Shown: positions 10,751 to 21,256, counted from the stretch's first letter. The stretch: 64,000 bases of DNA from Terrimicrobiaceae bacterium (GCA_041752695.1 JBGSVZ010000027.1:32001-96000); one strand, 5' to 3'. The notes: generated by a model not told the origin, from the sequence alone. Made by a program: numbers and translations.

Positions 10751-12811
10751 ATGAAAGCTGTATCCCCAACCCCCATCCCTTCACCCAAACATCGGACACT
10801 CGCCCTCGCCCTTTCGGGGGTGTTGTTAACGGCTTTGCCCGCTTCGGCGGCGACAAAAACCTGGCAGGGATCGGCGGGTAGCGCCGATTGGCTCACGGGC
10901 GCGAACTGGCTCACTGCGGGAGCCCCCGCTTCGAACGACTCCCTGGTTTTCACCAACGCAAACGCCTCCCCGTCGAATACGCTGACGAATACGCTAACCT
11001 CGAGTGCCTTCACCATTGCAAATATCACATTTGATGCCCTTGCCCCCGCTTACACAATGACGGGCAACACCTTCCGGCTTAATGGTGTTGATAACAATAG
11101 TGGGGCCCTGCAGACGTTCAGCAATACAGGCGGATTGATCTCAAATGCGACTACGATGAATTTCAATGCCACTAGCGGGAATATTGAAATCACGACGGGC
11201 TACAGGCTGATGAACAGCGGTGCGAGGGCGCTCAATATCAATGGCGGCACGCTCACCCTTGGCAGCCTGGAACTCATGGCGACTGGCGCAGGCAGCGGGG
11301 CGACCACAACCACGATTGGAGGAACCGGAAATTTGAATGTGACCGGAGCCGTGACCAATCTCTCGGGGACGGCAACGATCAGCTACACAGGCAGTGGGAC
11401 ACTCACCCTGGGCGGAGTAAATACCCACACTGGAGTTACGACGCTGGGAGGGACGGGAACCCTGGTGCTGGGAAACAGCCTCGCTCTCCAAAACAGCACA
11501 TTCAACCGGCCCGGCACTCCGGGCGGAAACAACCTGACCACCGTGGTGTTTGACAGTGCGGTCGCGAGCCACGCCTTCACCTTCGGCGGACTTTCGGGGG
11601 GCAATTCGACTGCCGGTCAGATCTCCACGCTTACGCTGACGGATAACGCATCCAATGCGGTTGCCCTGACGATCGGCAACAATAATGCGAATGTCACCTA
11701 CAGCGGCATTATTGCGGGAACAGGCAGCGTCCTCAAGGTCGGGACCGGCACCCAGACTCTGTCGGGGGCCAATTCGTTTTCCGGAGGGCTCACGATTCGC
11801 GAAGGCGGCGTGGTCAGCTCAAGTTTCACCCAGGCTCTCGGGGGAAACACTGGACTAGTAGCCCTGGGGGATGCCCTCACGAATTCCAACGTGACATTGC
11901 AACCTCAACTAGGTGGGCAGACTTTTGCAAATCCGATAGCGGTGGGAAATGCTTCGAACAGCAATGTGTATGTTTCCACCCTCCAATTCGGCAGCGGCAA
12001 TGGAGGCACTTATGCCGGAGCGATTCAACTGAACAGCCATGATCTGGCCATCAATACGGGCTCAACCTCGGCGGCCGTCACATACAGCGGCACCAGCACG
12101 GGGACAAGTGGATTTGCCACGGGCGTTAGCGGCACGGGAAATCTGATCCTTAACACGGTCGGAGCCACCGCTTTCACCATCAGCAACGCGACGGGGAACC
12201 GGGTTAACAACGTAGGCTCTGTCACCCACACGGGCGGCGGATCGGGGACGGTCACCATTGCCGCACCGATTGGCGTGAATGTCACCTCGCTGACGCAAAA
12301 CAGCGCCACCTCAAATTTGATCCTTTCGGGATCGAATGCTTATACGGGGGATACCAATGTGACGCTCGGAACGCTGGTCCTTGCCTCCACGGGTTCGATT
12401 GTCAACAGCACGAGCGTCAATCTCAATGCGGGGGGAACCTTCGACACAACGGCGCAGAGTTTCACGATGCTAAGTGGCCAGACATTCGAATTCACCCTCG
12501 ATCCCTCCGCGGCCGGGTCGGCGGGTCTCCTCAATGCGGGTGTTCTGAATATCACTTCGGGAGTGGTGGACTTCGTCGCACTTGGACCGCTGGATGATGC
12601 GGCCTATGTCATCGCCAACTACACGTCCCTGACGGGCGCGGCTTTTGCCACGGTGAATAGTCTGCCAGGCGGCTACAACCTCGACTACGCCTACAATGGC
12701 GGAACGCAGATCGCGTTGGTCCTGGTGCCGGAGCCCAGCACCTGTCTCCTCGCCGGGATCGGACTGGCCGTGATCCTCGTCCGGGCGCGGCGTACCCGGG
12801 CGCGGGTTTAG
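10751..12811 (+). CDS. PEP-CTERM surface protein with autotransporter-associated beta-strand repeats
   Basis: Signal peptide; repeats such as KVGTGTQTLSGANSFSGG and LILSGSNAYTGDT; C-terminal VPEPS-TM-basic tail. Confidence 0.9.
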   Translation: MKAVSPTPIPSPKHRTLALALSGVLLTALPASAATKTWQGSAGSADWLTGANWLTAGAPASNDSLVFTNANASPSNTLTNTLTSSAFTIANITFDALAPAYTMTGNTFRLNGVDNNSGALQTFSNTGGLISNATTMNFNATSGNIEITTGYRLMNSGARALNINGGTLTLGSLELMATGAGSGATTTTIGGTGNLNVTGAVTNLSGTATISYTGSGTLTLGGVNTHTGVTTLGGTGTLVLGNSLALQNSTFNRPGTPGGNNLTTVVFDSAVASHAFTFGGLSGGNSTAGQISTLTLTDNASNAVALTIGNNNANVTYSGIIAGTGSVLKVGTGTQTLSGANSFSGGLTIREGGVVSSSFTQALGGNTGLVALGDALTNSNVTLQPQLGGQTFANPIAVGNASNSNVYVSTLQFGSGNGGTYAGAIQLNSHDLAINTGSTSAAVTYSGTSTGTSGFATGVSGTGNLILNTVGATAFTISNATGNRVNNVGSVTHTGGGSGTVTIAAPIGVNVTSLTQNSATSNLILSGSNAYTGDTNVTLGTLVLASTGSIVNSTSVNLNAGGTFDTTAQSFTMLSGQTFEFTLDPSAAGSAGLLNAGVLNITSGVVDFVALGPLDDAAYVIANYTSLTGAAFATVNSLPGGYNLDYAYNGGTQIALVLVPEPSTCLLAGIGLAVILVRARRTRARV

Positions 12812-12860
12812 AAGGTTTTCACAGGTCCGATCCCCCCACACTCGCCAAAGCCATCCCCCA

Positions 12861-13565
12861 GTGCAACTAAGACCCGGCAAGCCATCCTTCCCCCTCCGCC
12901 CGAGGGGCTTCACCCTGGCCGAGATCCTGGTGACTATAGGGTGCATCGCGATTCTGGCTTCTCTTCTGCTCGGGGTGACGACCCGGACCAAGGAAACGGC
13001 GAAGTCCCTCAAATGCGCCTCCAACCTGCGCCAGATCGGTGCGGCCGCCCTTTCCTGGTCCGCCGACAACGAGGGAAAAATCGTGTCCGCCTATGAGGAT
13101 TTCGAGAATCAGAAAACCTGGGCCTACAAACTGGCACCCTATTTGGATGCGAGTCTGCCGGACACGTACAGCGCCGACATCTATAATGCCGCGAGCGCGC
13201 CGGCCGTCCTGAAAATGCCGGTGCTCAGGTGCCCGAACCAGTCACCGGATAAGAACTGGCCAGGATACGGTTATAATAGTGATTATCTCTCCCTGTACCG
13301 GACATCGGGCAATCCCAAGCGCTGGGTCCGCTACAATCAGGTCCAGCATCCGGCGCGGACGGTGATGATCACCGACCAGTCTCAGGTGAATACGACGCGC
13401 TGGGTGCCTTTCGTGCGTCCGCCTTCGGGACTGAAGGATGCAGTGGTGGATTTTCGTCATGCGGGAAAGACCGCTAATGTTCTTTGGGTGGACGGTCATG
13501 TGTCTGCCGAAAAGGCGGACGGGGAATTGATGAACACGGACAACCGCAACTGGAAAATCGATTGA
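12861..13565 (+). CDS. prepilin-type N-terminal cleavage protein with H-X9-DG motif
   Basis: RG|FTLAEILV, CASNLRQIG and C-terminal RHAGKTANVLWVDGHV. Confidence 0.9.
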   Translation: MQLRPGKPSFPLRPRGFTLAEILVTIGCIAILASLLLGVTTRTKETAKSLKCASNLRQIGAAALSWSADNEGKIVSAYEDFENQKTWAYKLAPYLDASLPDTYSADIYNAASAPAVLKMPVLRCPNQSPDKNWPGYGYNSDYLSLYRTSGNPKRWVRYNQVQHPARTVMITDQSQVNTTRWVPFVRPPSGLKDAVVDFRHAGKTANVLWVDGHVSAEKADGELMNTDNRNWKID

Positions 13566-14716
13566 CTACTCCGTGCCTCATCCCTCCCCGCGAAGGCGTG
13601 GACCTCGATGCTTTGCGGGAAGCGCTCGTCGCCCAGCCCGGGTTTCGCGAGCAACTTCGGCAGGCGGCAGACCGGGCTGCAGCCATCCCCCGCCTCACCG
13701 TGGTGGATAAGACGACGCGCCCCTACAGCGGCGAGGCGCATGATTACTTAAGCTTTGGGCCCTACTGGTGGCCCGACCCCGCCCAGCCTGACGGTCTTCC
13801 CTACCTGCGGCGGGACGGGGAAACCAATCCGGTATCCGGGGGTGACCGCCCTCTCTTGGAAAAGCTGCAAGCCGCGGTTGCCGTGCTGGCAGTGATGTCT
13901 CGGGTGGAAAACTCCGCGCACTATGCCCGTCAGGCAGTCCGGCTCTTGCGGGGCTGGTTTTTGGACCCCAACACCCGGATGAATCCGCATCTCTGCTTTG
14001 CCCAGGGAATTCCCGGGATCTGCGAGGGCCGGGGTATCGGCATCATTGACACCTGGGGACTGTGTTTTCTGGTGGAGGACATCGGGTTGCTGGAGGGAAG
14101 CGCGGAGTGGACAAACGAAGATCTTGCCGGTGTAAAGGCCTGGTTTTCAGCCTATCTGGACTGGTTAGTGGAAAGCCCGGAAGGGCGGCAGGAATGCGCG
14201 GAGGCTAATAATCACGGGACGTGGTATGATGCGCAAATTGTCTGTTTCGCCCTCTTCTGCGGACGGGAGGAAATTGCCCGCCGCCAGATCGATAAATTCA
14301 CCCGTCTTCGCATCGAACATCATTTCCAAGCGGACGGCAGCCAGCCCCACGAATTGCACCGCACCCTTTCGCTGACCTATGGCACCTTCAACCTTCTGGG
14401 GTTTGCCTGTGTCGCCCGTGCCGGGGATCGCCTCGGTCTGGACCTGTGGAATTGGGAGTCGCCCAGTGGCGGCAATATTCTCCAGGGGGTGCGGTGGATG
14501 CTGCCTTATTATTTGGGAGAAAAGTCCTGGACCTGGCCGCAAATCGCGCCCTTTCGCACCGCGCGTGCGGCACTGTTACTGGGGCTGGTGGCGAGGAGCA
14601 GAGCCGATACCGCATTTGCTGACGCCATGCATTCGGTGAGTCGTCATCCCTGGGACGGCGTCTCCGTCTGGGAGCTCCCCCCAGACATCTCATCCTCTCA
14701 AGAATCTCCTCTATGA
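13562..14716 (+). CDS. alginate lyase-family protein
   Basis: HDYLSFGPYWWP, RRDGETNP, TRMNPHL, GIID, NNHGTWY, GSQPHEL; start placed at TTG 13562 overlapping the upstream stop. Confidence 0.85.
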   Translation: MTTPCLIPPREGVDLDALREALVAQPGFREQLRQAADRAAAIPRLTVVDKTTRPYSGEAHDYLSFGPYWWPDPAQPDGLPYLRRDGETNPVSGGDRPLLEKLQAAVAVLAVMSRVENSAHYARQAVRLLRGWFLDPNTRMNPHLCFAQGIPGICEGRGIGIIDTWGLCFLVEDIGLLEGSAEWTNEDLAGVKAWFSAYLDWLVESPEGRQECAEANNHGTWYDAQIVCFALFCGREEIARRQIDKFTRLRIEHHFQADGSQPHELHRTLSLTYGTFNLLGFACVARAGDRLGLDLWNWESPSGGNILQGVRWMLPYYLGEKSWTWPQIAPFRTARAALLLGLVARSRADTAFADAMHSVSRHPWDGVSVWELPPDISSSQESPL

Positions 14717-15402
14717 AAAAACGAATCCTCCTCCCCATTTTCCTGAGCTGCACGCTGTTGTCGGTCGGCTTTCTTCACGCGCAGGAAAGCTTTGAGATTA
14801 GTGACACGTTCGAAACCGGAAGCCCGGGAATGGTCGTTCCCCTTGAGGGAACGGCGACCGCCATTGGAGAGGTCTCGTGGACGGCGTCCAAAAACGTTCA
14901 GATCAAAAAGGACGACACCGCCAGCTATGTGACAACGGCAGACACGCGCGTCTATTGCGCCAGCGTCCCTCTTCCCTCACCCAAGGGAACCGTGACCGTG
15001 GAAGGAACCGTGAATCCTGTATCCGGGGCGGACCGAAGCAATTGGGCAGCCATCGGTCTGGGAGCACGGAACGGAAGTTTTACCTGGGAACAGGGGCTTT
15101 TCCTCCTCGTTGACAGCGCCGGGAGTTACGAGGCGGCCGTGAATGTTCCGGGCAAAGGCCACACCCGCCTGCAAAGAGGGAAGGTCCCTGACCTGGAAGA
15201 AGGGAGCCCTGTCCGGCTTTCCCTCGAGTATGATCCGTCCTCCCGGACGGTGAACGCGTCCGTCAACGGAGTGCCCGTGATGTCGGGCAAGGTTTTGGAA
15301 GCCGATCAAAAACCGAGCCTGGATTGCGCGGGATTTTCGGGATTTTCCCAGAAACCCGGTTCGCTGGTGATCAACCAATTCCGCGCCTCGGGCACCAAAT
15401 AG
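14713..15402 (+). CDS. secreted beta-rich hypothetical protein
   Basis: Signal peptide MKKRILLPIFLSC...HAQE; overlaps upstream stop; beta-strand-like composition. Confidence 0.7.
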   Translation: MKKRILLPIFLSCTLLSVGFLHAQESFEISDTFETGSPGMVVPLEGTATAIGEVSWTASKNVQIKKDDTASYVTTADTRVYCASVPLPSPKGTVTVEGTVNPVSGADRSNWAAIGLGARNGSFTWEQGLFLLVDSAGSYEAAVNVPGKGHTRLQRGKVPDLEEGSPVRLSLEYDPSSRTVNASVNGVPVMSGKVLEADQKPSLDCAGFSGFSQKPGSLVINQFRASGTK

Positions 15403-15420
15403 CTCTGGCGAATATCCCTC

Positions 15421-17697
15421 ATGACGACTGATCTGAAAGTGAAAGCCTGTTATTCGGCCATAGTTCTTGGCCTGGTATTAGCCGTTCCCATTCTCTTCGG
15501 AGAAGAGACGGACAAGAAGCCTGCTACCGCATCCTCCGGAGAGATGGTTTTTCGCTTGGACCTTTCCGATCCCGCCATTCGCGAGACTCTGGAGAAACAG
15601 GGGGGAGTCATTTCCAACGAAGGACCGGACGGGGTGCCTGCGGTGAGGTTCCAGGTCTTGCCCGGAGACGCGGGAAAAAGAGAACGCATGGCGCACTTTG
15701 TCCTGCCGGTGGAGAAACTTCAGGGGGCGCGTATTATGATGACGGCTAAGGTGAGGGGGGAGTCCCTCAACAGCCCCGACCCCAAACTTCCTTTACCGGG
15801 GTATCTCGGCGGCAAATGCCAGTTCTTTCTCAATACTCCCGGGCGCGGGAAACGCTGGCTCGATGCGCGGGGCCTCCATGGCACCTTTCCCTGGCGCGAG
15901 GTGAGCATGCTGTGCGGAGTACTCGACGATGCGACGCAAACCCAGGTGCGCATCGGGGTGGAAGGGGCCACCGGATCGCTCTGGATTTCGGATCTCAAGC
16001 TGACCATCGTGCAGCCGAAAGCCGTGCGGATACTGCCCGAGGGACAGGTTAAGTCAACCCCGACGAAGAAGCGCGGAATGATGTCGCCGCATCGTTTTGC
16101 GGAGAAGGATTTCGACGACATGGCGGCGTGGAACGTCAATGCCGTACGCTGGCAGATGGCCAAAAAGCCGGATGATCAACGTCCGTATGCCGAATGGCTT
16201 GATGCCGAACTCGACGATCTGGCGCTGGCCTTGGATGCCGCGGCGGCCCGCGGAATCAAGATTGCCGTGGACATGCATTCGGTTCCGGGGGACCGGCTGC
16301 CGGACCGCACCCATCGGATGTATGTGGAAAAGGAGCACCACGATGCCTTTATTGCCGCGTGGGAAAAAATCGCGAGGCGTTTCAAGGGGCATCCCGGCCT
16401 CTGGGCGTATGACCTCGTCAATGAGCCGGTGCAGAATTACCCCTCCCCTCCGGAGCTGCCCGACTGGCTGGGCATTCAGATCGTAGCGGGTCAGGCGATT
16501 CGCAAGATCGATCCGGATGTGACCCTGATGATCGAGGTGGATCAATGGGACAGTCCGGATTCCTTCCTCTGGCTCGATCCGGTGGACTTGCCGAATGTGA
16601 TTTACCAGGCCCACATGTACTGGCCATGGGAATTCACCCATCAGGGCATCAAGACCAATCAGGGCGGGGCGGATGGGAAGGATTTTGACAAGGAAAAGAT
16701 CGGCTATCCCAGTGGCAAGGTGCAGGGTCAGGTTCTGGATAAGGATTCCCTCCGGCGGTATCTGGCGCCGGTACGGGATTTCCAACTGGCCCATGGGGTG
16801 CCGATTTTCATCGGGGAATTCAGCGCCGTGCGCTGGGCTCCCGGAGCCGCACAGTATCTCGAGGATTGTATCGCGATCTTTGAAGAATACGGGTGGGACT
16901 GGACGTACCATGCCTTCCGCGAGTCCCCGGTCTGGAGTGTGGAGCACGCGAATCTACCCGCTGATCGGACGAATCACCCGAAGGCGACCACCCCCACGGA
17001 TCGCGAGCAGGTCTTGCGAAAATGGTTTGCCCTCAACCCAAAATCGAGCGCTGCGGCGGTCGCCACTGCTGCCCCCGAAAAGGAAGCTCCCCAGATCCGT
17101 AAGATTCTTTTTGTCGGTGACAGCATTACGTTTCATGCGCCCTCGAAAAATCTCGGCTGGACGGGAAATTGGGGCATGGCAGCGGACAGCGAAGCCAATG
17201 ACTATGTGCATCAGTTGGGCGCGCTTATTGCCCGAGCGCAGGGAACGGAGCCAGAGCTTCTTGTCCGGGCGGCGGGCGGAGGAACGCTCCCGGCGAAATT
17301 GGCCAACGCAGATGCCCTTAAGGAGGGCGACCCGGACCTGATTGTGGTCCAAATGGGGGAGAATGATAATATTAGTCTCGATGAGGTCGGTTTTCAAAAA
17401 CCTTATGAAGACCTTGTTCTGCTTTTGCGGGCGGCCCATCCGGAAGCCCGGATCGTCTGCACCGGAGTGTGGCGGGGAAAAAAGGGCAAGGATGAGATGA
17501 TCAAGGCGGTCTGCCGGAAACACCGCATTCCCTTTGCCCCAATCGCGCCGGTGGCGGCAAACGTGCAGAACCGCGCCAGCACCGGGCAATGGGAAAACGC
17601 CGGGGTGGCCTGGCATCCCAACAATGAGGGAATGGAGGGGTATGCCGACGCCATTTGGGAGGCTTTGCAGGCCGGTGACGCGGCGATCCCCGATTAG
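15421..17697 (+). CDS. GH5 glycoside hydrolase fused to C-terminal SGNH/GDSL esterase
   Basis: WNVNAVRW, VDMH, YDLVNEP, AHMY, FIGEFS, WTYHAF; then FVGDSIT, QMGEND, WHPN. Confidence 0.88.
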   Translation: MTTDLKVKACYSAIVLGLVLAVPILFGEETDKKPATASSGEMVFRLDLSDPAIRETLEKQGGVISNEGPDGVPAVRFQVLPGDAGKRERMAHFVLPVEKLQGARIMMTAKVRGESLNSPDPKLPLPGYLGGKCQFFLNTPGRGKRWLDARGLHGTFPWREVSMLCGVLDDATQTQVRIGVEGATGSLWISDLKLTIVQPKAVRILPEGQVKSTPTKKRGMMSPHRFAEKDFDDMAAWNVNAVRWQMAKKPDDQRPYAEWLDAELDDLALALDAAAARGIKIAVDMHSVPGDRLPDRTHRMYVEKEHHDAFIAAWEKIARRFKGHPGLWAYDLVNEPVQNYPSPPELPDWLGIQIVAGQAIRKIDPDVTLMIEVDQWDSPDSFLWLDPVDLPNVIYQAHMYWPWEFTHQGIKTNQGGADGKDFDKEKIGYPSGKVQGQVLDKDSLRRYLAPVRDFQLAHGVPIFIGEFSAVRWAPGAAQYLEDCIAIFEEYGWDWTYHAFRESPVWSVEHANLPADRTNHPKATTPTDREQVLRKWFALNPKSSAAAVATAAPEKEAPQIRKILFVGDSITFHAPSKNLGWTGNWGMAADSEANDYVHQLGALIARAQGTEPELLVRAAGGGTLPAKLANADALKEGDPDLIVVQMGENDNISLDEVGFQKPYEDLVLLLRAAHPEARIVCTGVWRGKKGKDEMIKAVCRKHRIPFAPIAPVAANVQNRASTGQWENAGVAWHPNNEGMEGYADAIWEALQAGDAAIPD

Positions 17698-17748
17698 CGC
17701 AGGGCGGGTTTTTCTGGCGGACGGGACCGCGGTGGAGTTTGCTGGGAC

Positions 17749-20508
17749 ATGCTCCGCCCCCTGCTCCTTCTTTTTGTCGCCATCATGATGCCGTGGACAG
17801 GTTCCTGCGTGGAACCGGAAAGGGAAATGGTGGTGTCGGCAGGCGAAGGCGGGCGGCTGCATGTGGCAGAGGGAGAGCGCATTTTTTGCACCTTTGTTCC
17901 GCTGGCGGCCAACGCCCACTGGACGTTTTTCCGGGGAGTGGCCGCGGGTCCCGTGGGGGAGGGAAAAGCGCCGTTTGCGCTCACTGTGGCAGGGGGGACA
18001 CTGGAAGGCTCGCTCGCGGTGGGTCCGGCGGAGGGCGGCGCAAGGGCGGGGTTCGTCTTTAAGGCCCGGGACCCCGTGGCCTTCCAAACGCTGGTGGTCG
18101 CGGCGGATTTCGAGACTCCCGCGCTGGCCGGCGGGCGGTGGGAGGCGGAGGGCCGGAGCGGGGTTTTCCCTGCAGAATTCGAGAAAGCGCAGGTTTTTGT
18201 GGGCGAAGTCCGGCACTTAAAGATCACGCCGCCGGGGGGACGTGAGATTCGCCTGTCGTTTCCTGTTCCGACCCTGGTGGTGCTGCAGGACGACCGCAAT
18301 TGGGGGAACGCCAATTTCACCCTGCGGATCGGCCGGGGATCGGGGCAGTTGGCGGCGGGTGAGCGTTGGGAGATCGTGATGACGGTCGAGGGAGCAAGCG
18401 CCACTCAGGAGATCCCGGCGGCGCTGCGGCCTGTGGTGATGCAGGCCGGTGAAGAATGGATTCCCCTCCAGGAGGAACTGGAAATCGTGCCGGGTTCGGC
18501 CCTCGATCTCAGCTCGCAGGGGTTCATTGACGGGCCGTGCGGGGCAAAAGGCCGGATCGTGGCCACGCCGGACGGACACTTTGCCTTTGCGCAAGAGCGG
18601 GGAAAAGCCCGACGGTTTTACGGGGTGAATTTTTGTTTTTCCGCGCAGTTTCTGCCGAAGGAAAACGTGGACCGCTTGTTGGATCGTCTTGTGCGCCTTG
18701 GCTACAACACGGTGCGCATCCACCATTACGAAGGAGAGTTGACCCAACCACCCGGGCAACCGGGGTTCACTTGGGACGCGGGAAAGGTGGACCAACTCGA
18801 TTACCTCCTGGCGGGTTGTGCGAAGAGGGGGCTGTGGGTGACGACGGATCTTTATGTTTCGCGGCCGGTGAGCGGAAGGCAAATCGGTCGTCCTGGGGAG
18901 GAGATCGGGATGGACCGGTTTAAAATTTTGGTTCCCGTTTCCGAAGCGGCTTTCCAGGACTGGGCGGCCTTTGCACGCAAATTTCTCGACCGGGTGAATC
19001 CCCACACAGGCTTGCGGTTGGCGGATGATCCGGCCATAGCGTGGCTCTCGCTGATCAATGAGGGGCCGGTGAGCCATCGCTGGACGGAACTGCGGCAAAT
19101 TCCGGAATGGCAGTCCGCGTGGACCGCCTGGCTCAACCAGCGTTTTCCGTCGCCGGAGGCCCGGGAAGCGGCCTTGGGCGGACCGGCGGCGGGCGGTGAG
19201 AAAATGCCCGAGGCCTTGGCCGGCGACAGTCCACGGGCGCTTTTGGCCCAGGCTTTTGTCGCGGAGACGGAGTTGGCGGCGTTCGAGCGGATGAAAAAGT
19301 TTCTTCGGCAGGACCTGAAATGTGAGGCCCTGCTGACCAACATGAACAACGCCGGGCCGGGGCTCGTTCCCCTGCAACTCGCGAGGAACCAGTTCGACTA
19401 TGTGGATGAGCATTTTTATGTGGATCACCCGCAGTTCCTCGAAAAATCCTGGCGGCTGCCCAGTGCGTCCCCGAATTCGAATCCCATCGCCTCGGGAGCA
19501 CAAGGTGGAACCGGCCCAGCCAGCGTGAGGCTTTTCGACAAACCGTTCACGATTACGGAGTACAATTATTCCGGACCCGGACGCTTCCGGGGGGTAGGCG
19601 GGATCCTCACCGGGGCGCTTGCCGCATTGCAGGATTGGGATGGATTGTGGCGTTTTGCCTACAGCCACAATGCGGCGACACTTTTCCAGCCAGGCCCCAT
19701 GGGGTACTTCGACCTGGTCAGCGACCCCCTCAATCAAGCTGCCGATCGGTTGTCGCTGTTTCTCTATCTGCGGGGGGATTTGGCGGTCGCTCCCAGTCGG
19801 CTCGCGGTGGAACTCGGGGAAGCAGGACTCCGGAATCCATCCCCAGGGCTCAACCTTTCAAATCTTCGTACAGCGGCGTGGCGAACGCGCATCGGCAGCA
19901 TCGTTCGGGCCCCGGGGACGCCGGATCCCCGTGGGTTCGTGAGTATCCCGCCACAAGCCAACCGAGAAGCGATCGCCACGGCATTGGAAAAAATTCCGCC
20001 CCCGCCGGAAACCGGGGTGATACGTTCCGAAACGGGCCAAATTTCCCTCTGGCCGGGCGACGCGGTGCTGGTGATCGACACGCCGAATAGCGCCGGCGGG
20101 TACGCGGATCCCGGCGGGGTGATCGCCGCAGCGGGGGTGCGGGTGGAGGACATCACGACGGGCGCGACGGTGTTCGTCAACAGTCTCGACGGGGCGCCCA
20201 TTCACGCCTCGAAGCGCCTCCTCGTCACCCATCTTACCGATCTGCAAAACACCGGCGGACGCTACGGCGAGGCGGCAAAGCGGACACTTCTCGCCTGGGG
20301 CAAGTTGCCTCATCTGGTCCGGGATGGGACCGCGCGCATCAGCATCCCGGTGGACCGCCCGGAAACGCCAGGAGTCTGGGCACTTTCTCCCGGTGGGCGG
20401 CGGGTGGAAAAGGTGGAGGCGAAAGTGGAAAACGGCCGGCTGACTTTCACAGTCAGCGTCAAAGGCGCGGAAGGCGCGCGGATGCTTTACGAAATTGCGG
20501 ACAAGTGA
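17749..20508 (+). CDS. large secreted clan GH-A-like glycoside hydrolase
   Basis: RFYGVNF, GYNTVRIHH, LINEG (acid/base), DEHFYVDHP, TITEYN (nucleophile), LQDWDG. Confidence 0.7.
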   Translation: MLRPLLLLFVAIMMPWTGSCVEPEREMVVSAGEGGRLHVAEGERIFCTFVPLAANAHWTFFRGVAAGPVGEGKAPFALTVAGGTLEGSLAVGPAEGGARAGFVFKARDPVAFQTLVVAADFETPALAGGRWEAEGRSGVFPAEFEKAQVFVGEVRHLKITPPGGREIRLSFPVPTLVVLQDDRNWGNANFTLRIGRGSGQLAAGERWEIVMTVEGASATQEIPAALRPVVMQAGEEWIPLQEELEIVPGSALDLSSQGFIDGPCGAKGRIVATPDGHFAFAQERGKARRFYGVNFCFSAQFLPKENVDRLLDRLVRLGYNTVRIHHYEGELTQPPGQPGFTWDAGKVDQLDYLLAGCAKRGLWVTTDLYVSRPVSGRQIGRPGEEIGMDRFKILVPVSEAAFQDWAAFARKFLDRVNPHTGLRLADDPAIAWLSLINEGPVSHRWTELRQIPEWQSAWTAWLNQRFPSPEAREAALGGPAAGGEKMPEALAGDSPRALLAQAFVAETELAAFERMKKFLRQDLKCEALLTNMNNAGPGLVPLQLARNQFDYVDEHFYVDHPQFLEKSWRLPSASPNSNPIASGAQGGTGPASVRLFDKPFTITEYNYSGPGRFRGVGGILTGALAALQDWDGLWRFAYSHNAATLFQPGPMGYFDLVSDPLNQAADRLSLFLYLRGDLAVAPSRLAVELGEAGLRNPSPGLNLSNLRTAAWRTRIGSIVRAPGTPDPRGFVSIPPQANREAIATALEKIPPPPETGVIRSETGQISLWPGDAVLVIDTPNSAGGYADPGGVIAAAGVRVEDITTGATVFVNSLDGAPIHASKRLLVTHLTDLQNTGGRYGEAAKRTLLAWGKLPHLVRDGTARISIPVDRPETPGVWALSPGGRRVEKVEAKVENGRLTFTVSVKGAEGARMLYEIADK

Positions 20509-20518
20509 GGCTTTTGGA

Positions 20519-21250
20519 TCAGGGCTCGGACCGCGGCTTGACGGCGGCCAAGGCCCTGTCGTTCGTTTGGACAGCCGAAGCCGCCACCGCACCACGGATG
20601 CGATCCTCCGCGATGTCTAGAGCGAGTTCGTTTTCCAGTGTGGTACGAGCCTGCTCGAATGAAACTTCCGCGAACTCGGATTTCCTAGCTTCGTAAGCCT
20701 GCCGGATTTTCTCCTCCGAAATTTCGGCCTCTTCGGCCAGCTTCTGACGAAGTTGATAAGCCGATTCGCTGAACTGGATGTCATAATAGACGTCTAGGGC
20801 GTATTGCTTGGGACCGTAGATCACGGTTTGTGGCGGGACGGCGGCCGCGCGGCGGGCGTTTTCCTTGCTGAGCTGCTCACGAAGCTTCGGGAAAGACGGC
20901 TCGGCGGGAAGGCCGAGCTTGGCGGCCCAGACGAGCTGCGTCTTGATCCGCCGGAGCTCGCTCAGGGTCTTTTCGCGAAGCAAAACGATGGGAGAGTTGG
21001 GATCCCCTGTGTCAGCCCAGTACCCTGCGCGATCTTCCAAGGCATACTCCCGAAAAAAATAATCCACCACCGACGGCATCTGACGATGCATGATCAGTTT
21101 GAACTCCGAGGCTGGGATTTCGATTCCACTGACTGTCGCCACGATCGGATCGGGATTCACCGGCCCCGCCCCGCCGGCGTCTGCAGCGGCCGCGAGGCGA
21201 TGCCCCGCGGATAAGAGCAAAAACGCGGCGAGGACGGCTCCTAATTTCAT
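20519..21250 (-). CDS. secreted helical SurA-N/LnbY-like protein
   Basis: Signal peptide, IVATVSGIEI SurA-like start, ENARR...VIYGP, EISEEKIRQAYE; 6 bp downstream of the beta-helix gene. Confidence 0.6.
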   Translation of the reverse strand: MKLGAVLAAFLLLSAGHRLAAAADAGGAGPVNPDPIVATVSGIEIPASEFKLIMHRQMPSVVDYFFREYALEDRAGYWADTGDPNSPIVLLREKTLSELRRIKTQLVWAAKLGLPAEPSFPKLREQLSKENARRAAAVPPQTVIYGPKQYALDVYYDIQFSESAYQLRQKLAEEAEISEEKIRQAYEARKSEFAEVSFEQARTTLENELALDIAEDRIRGAVAASAVQTNDRALAAVKPRSEP

Positions 21251-21256
21251 GATCTG

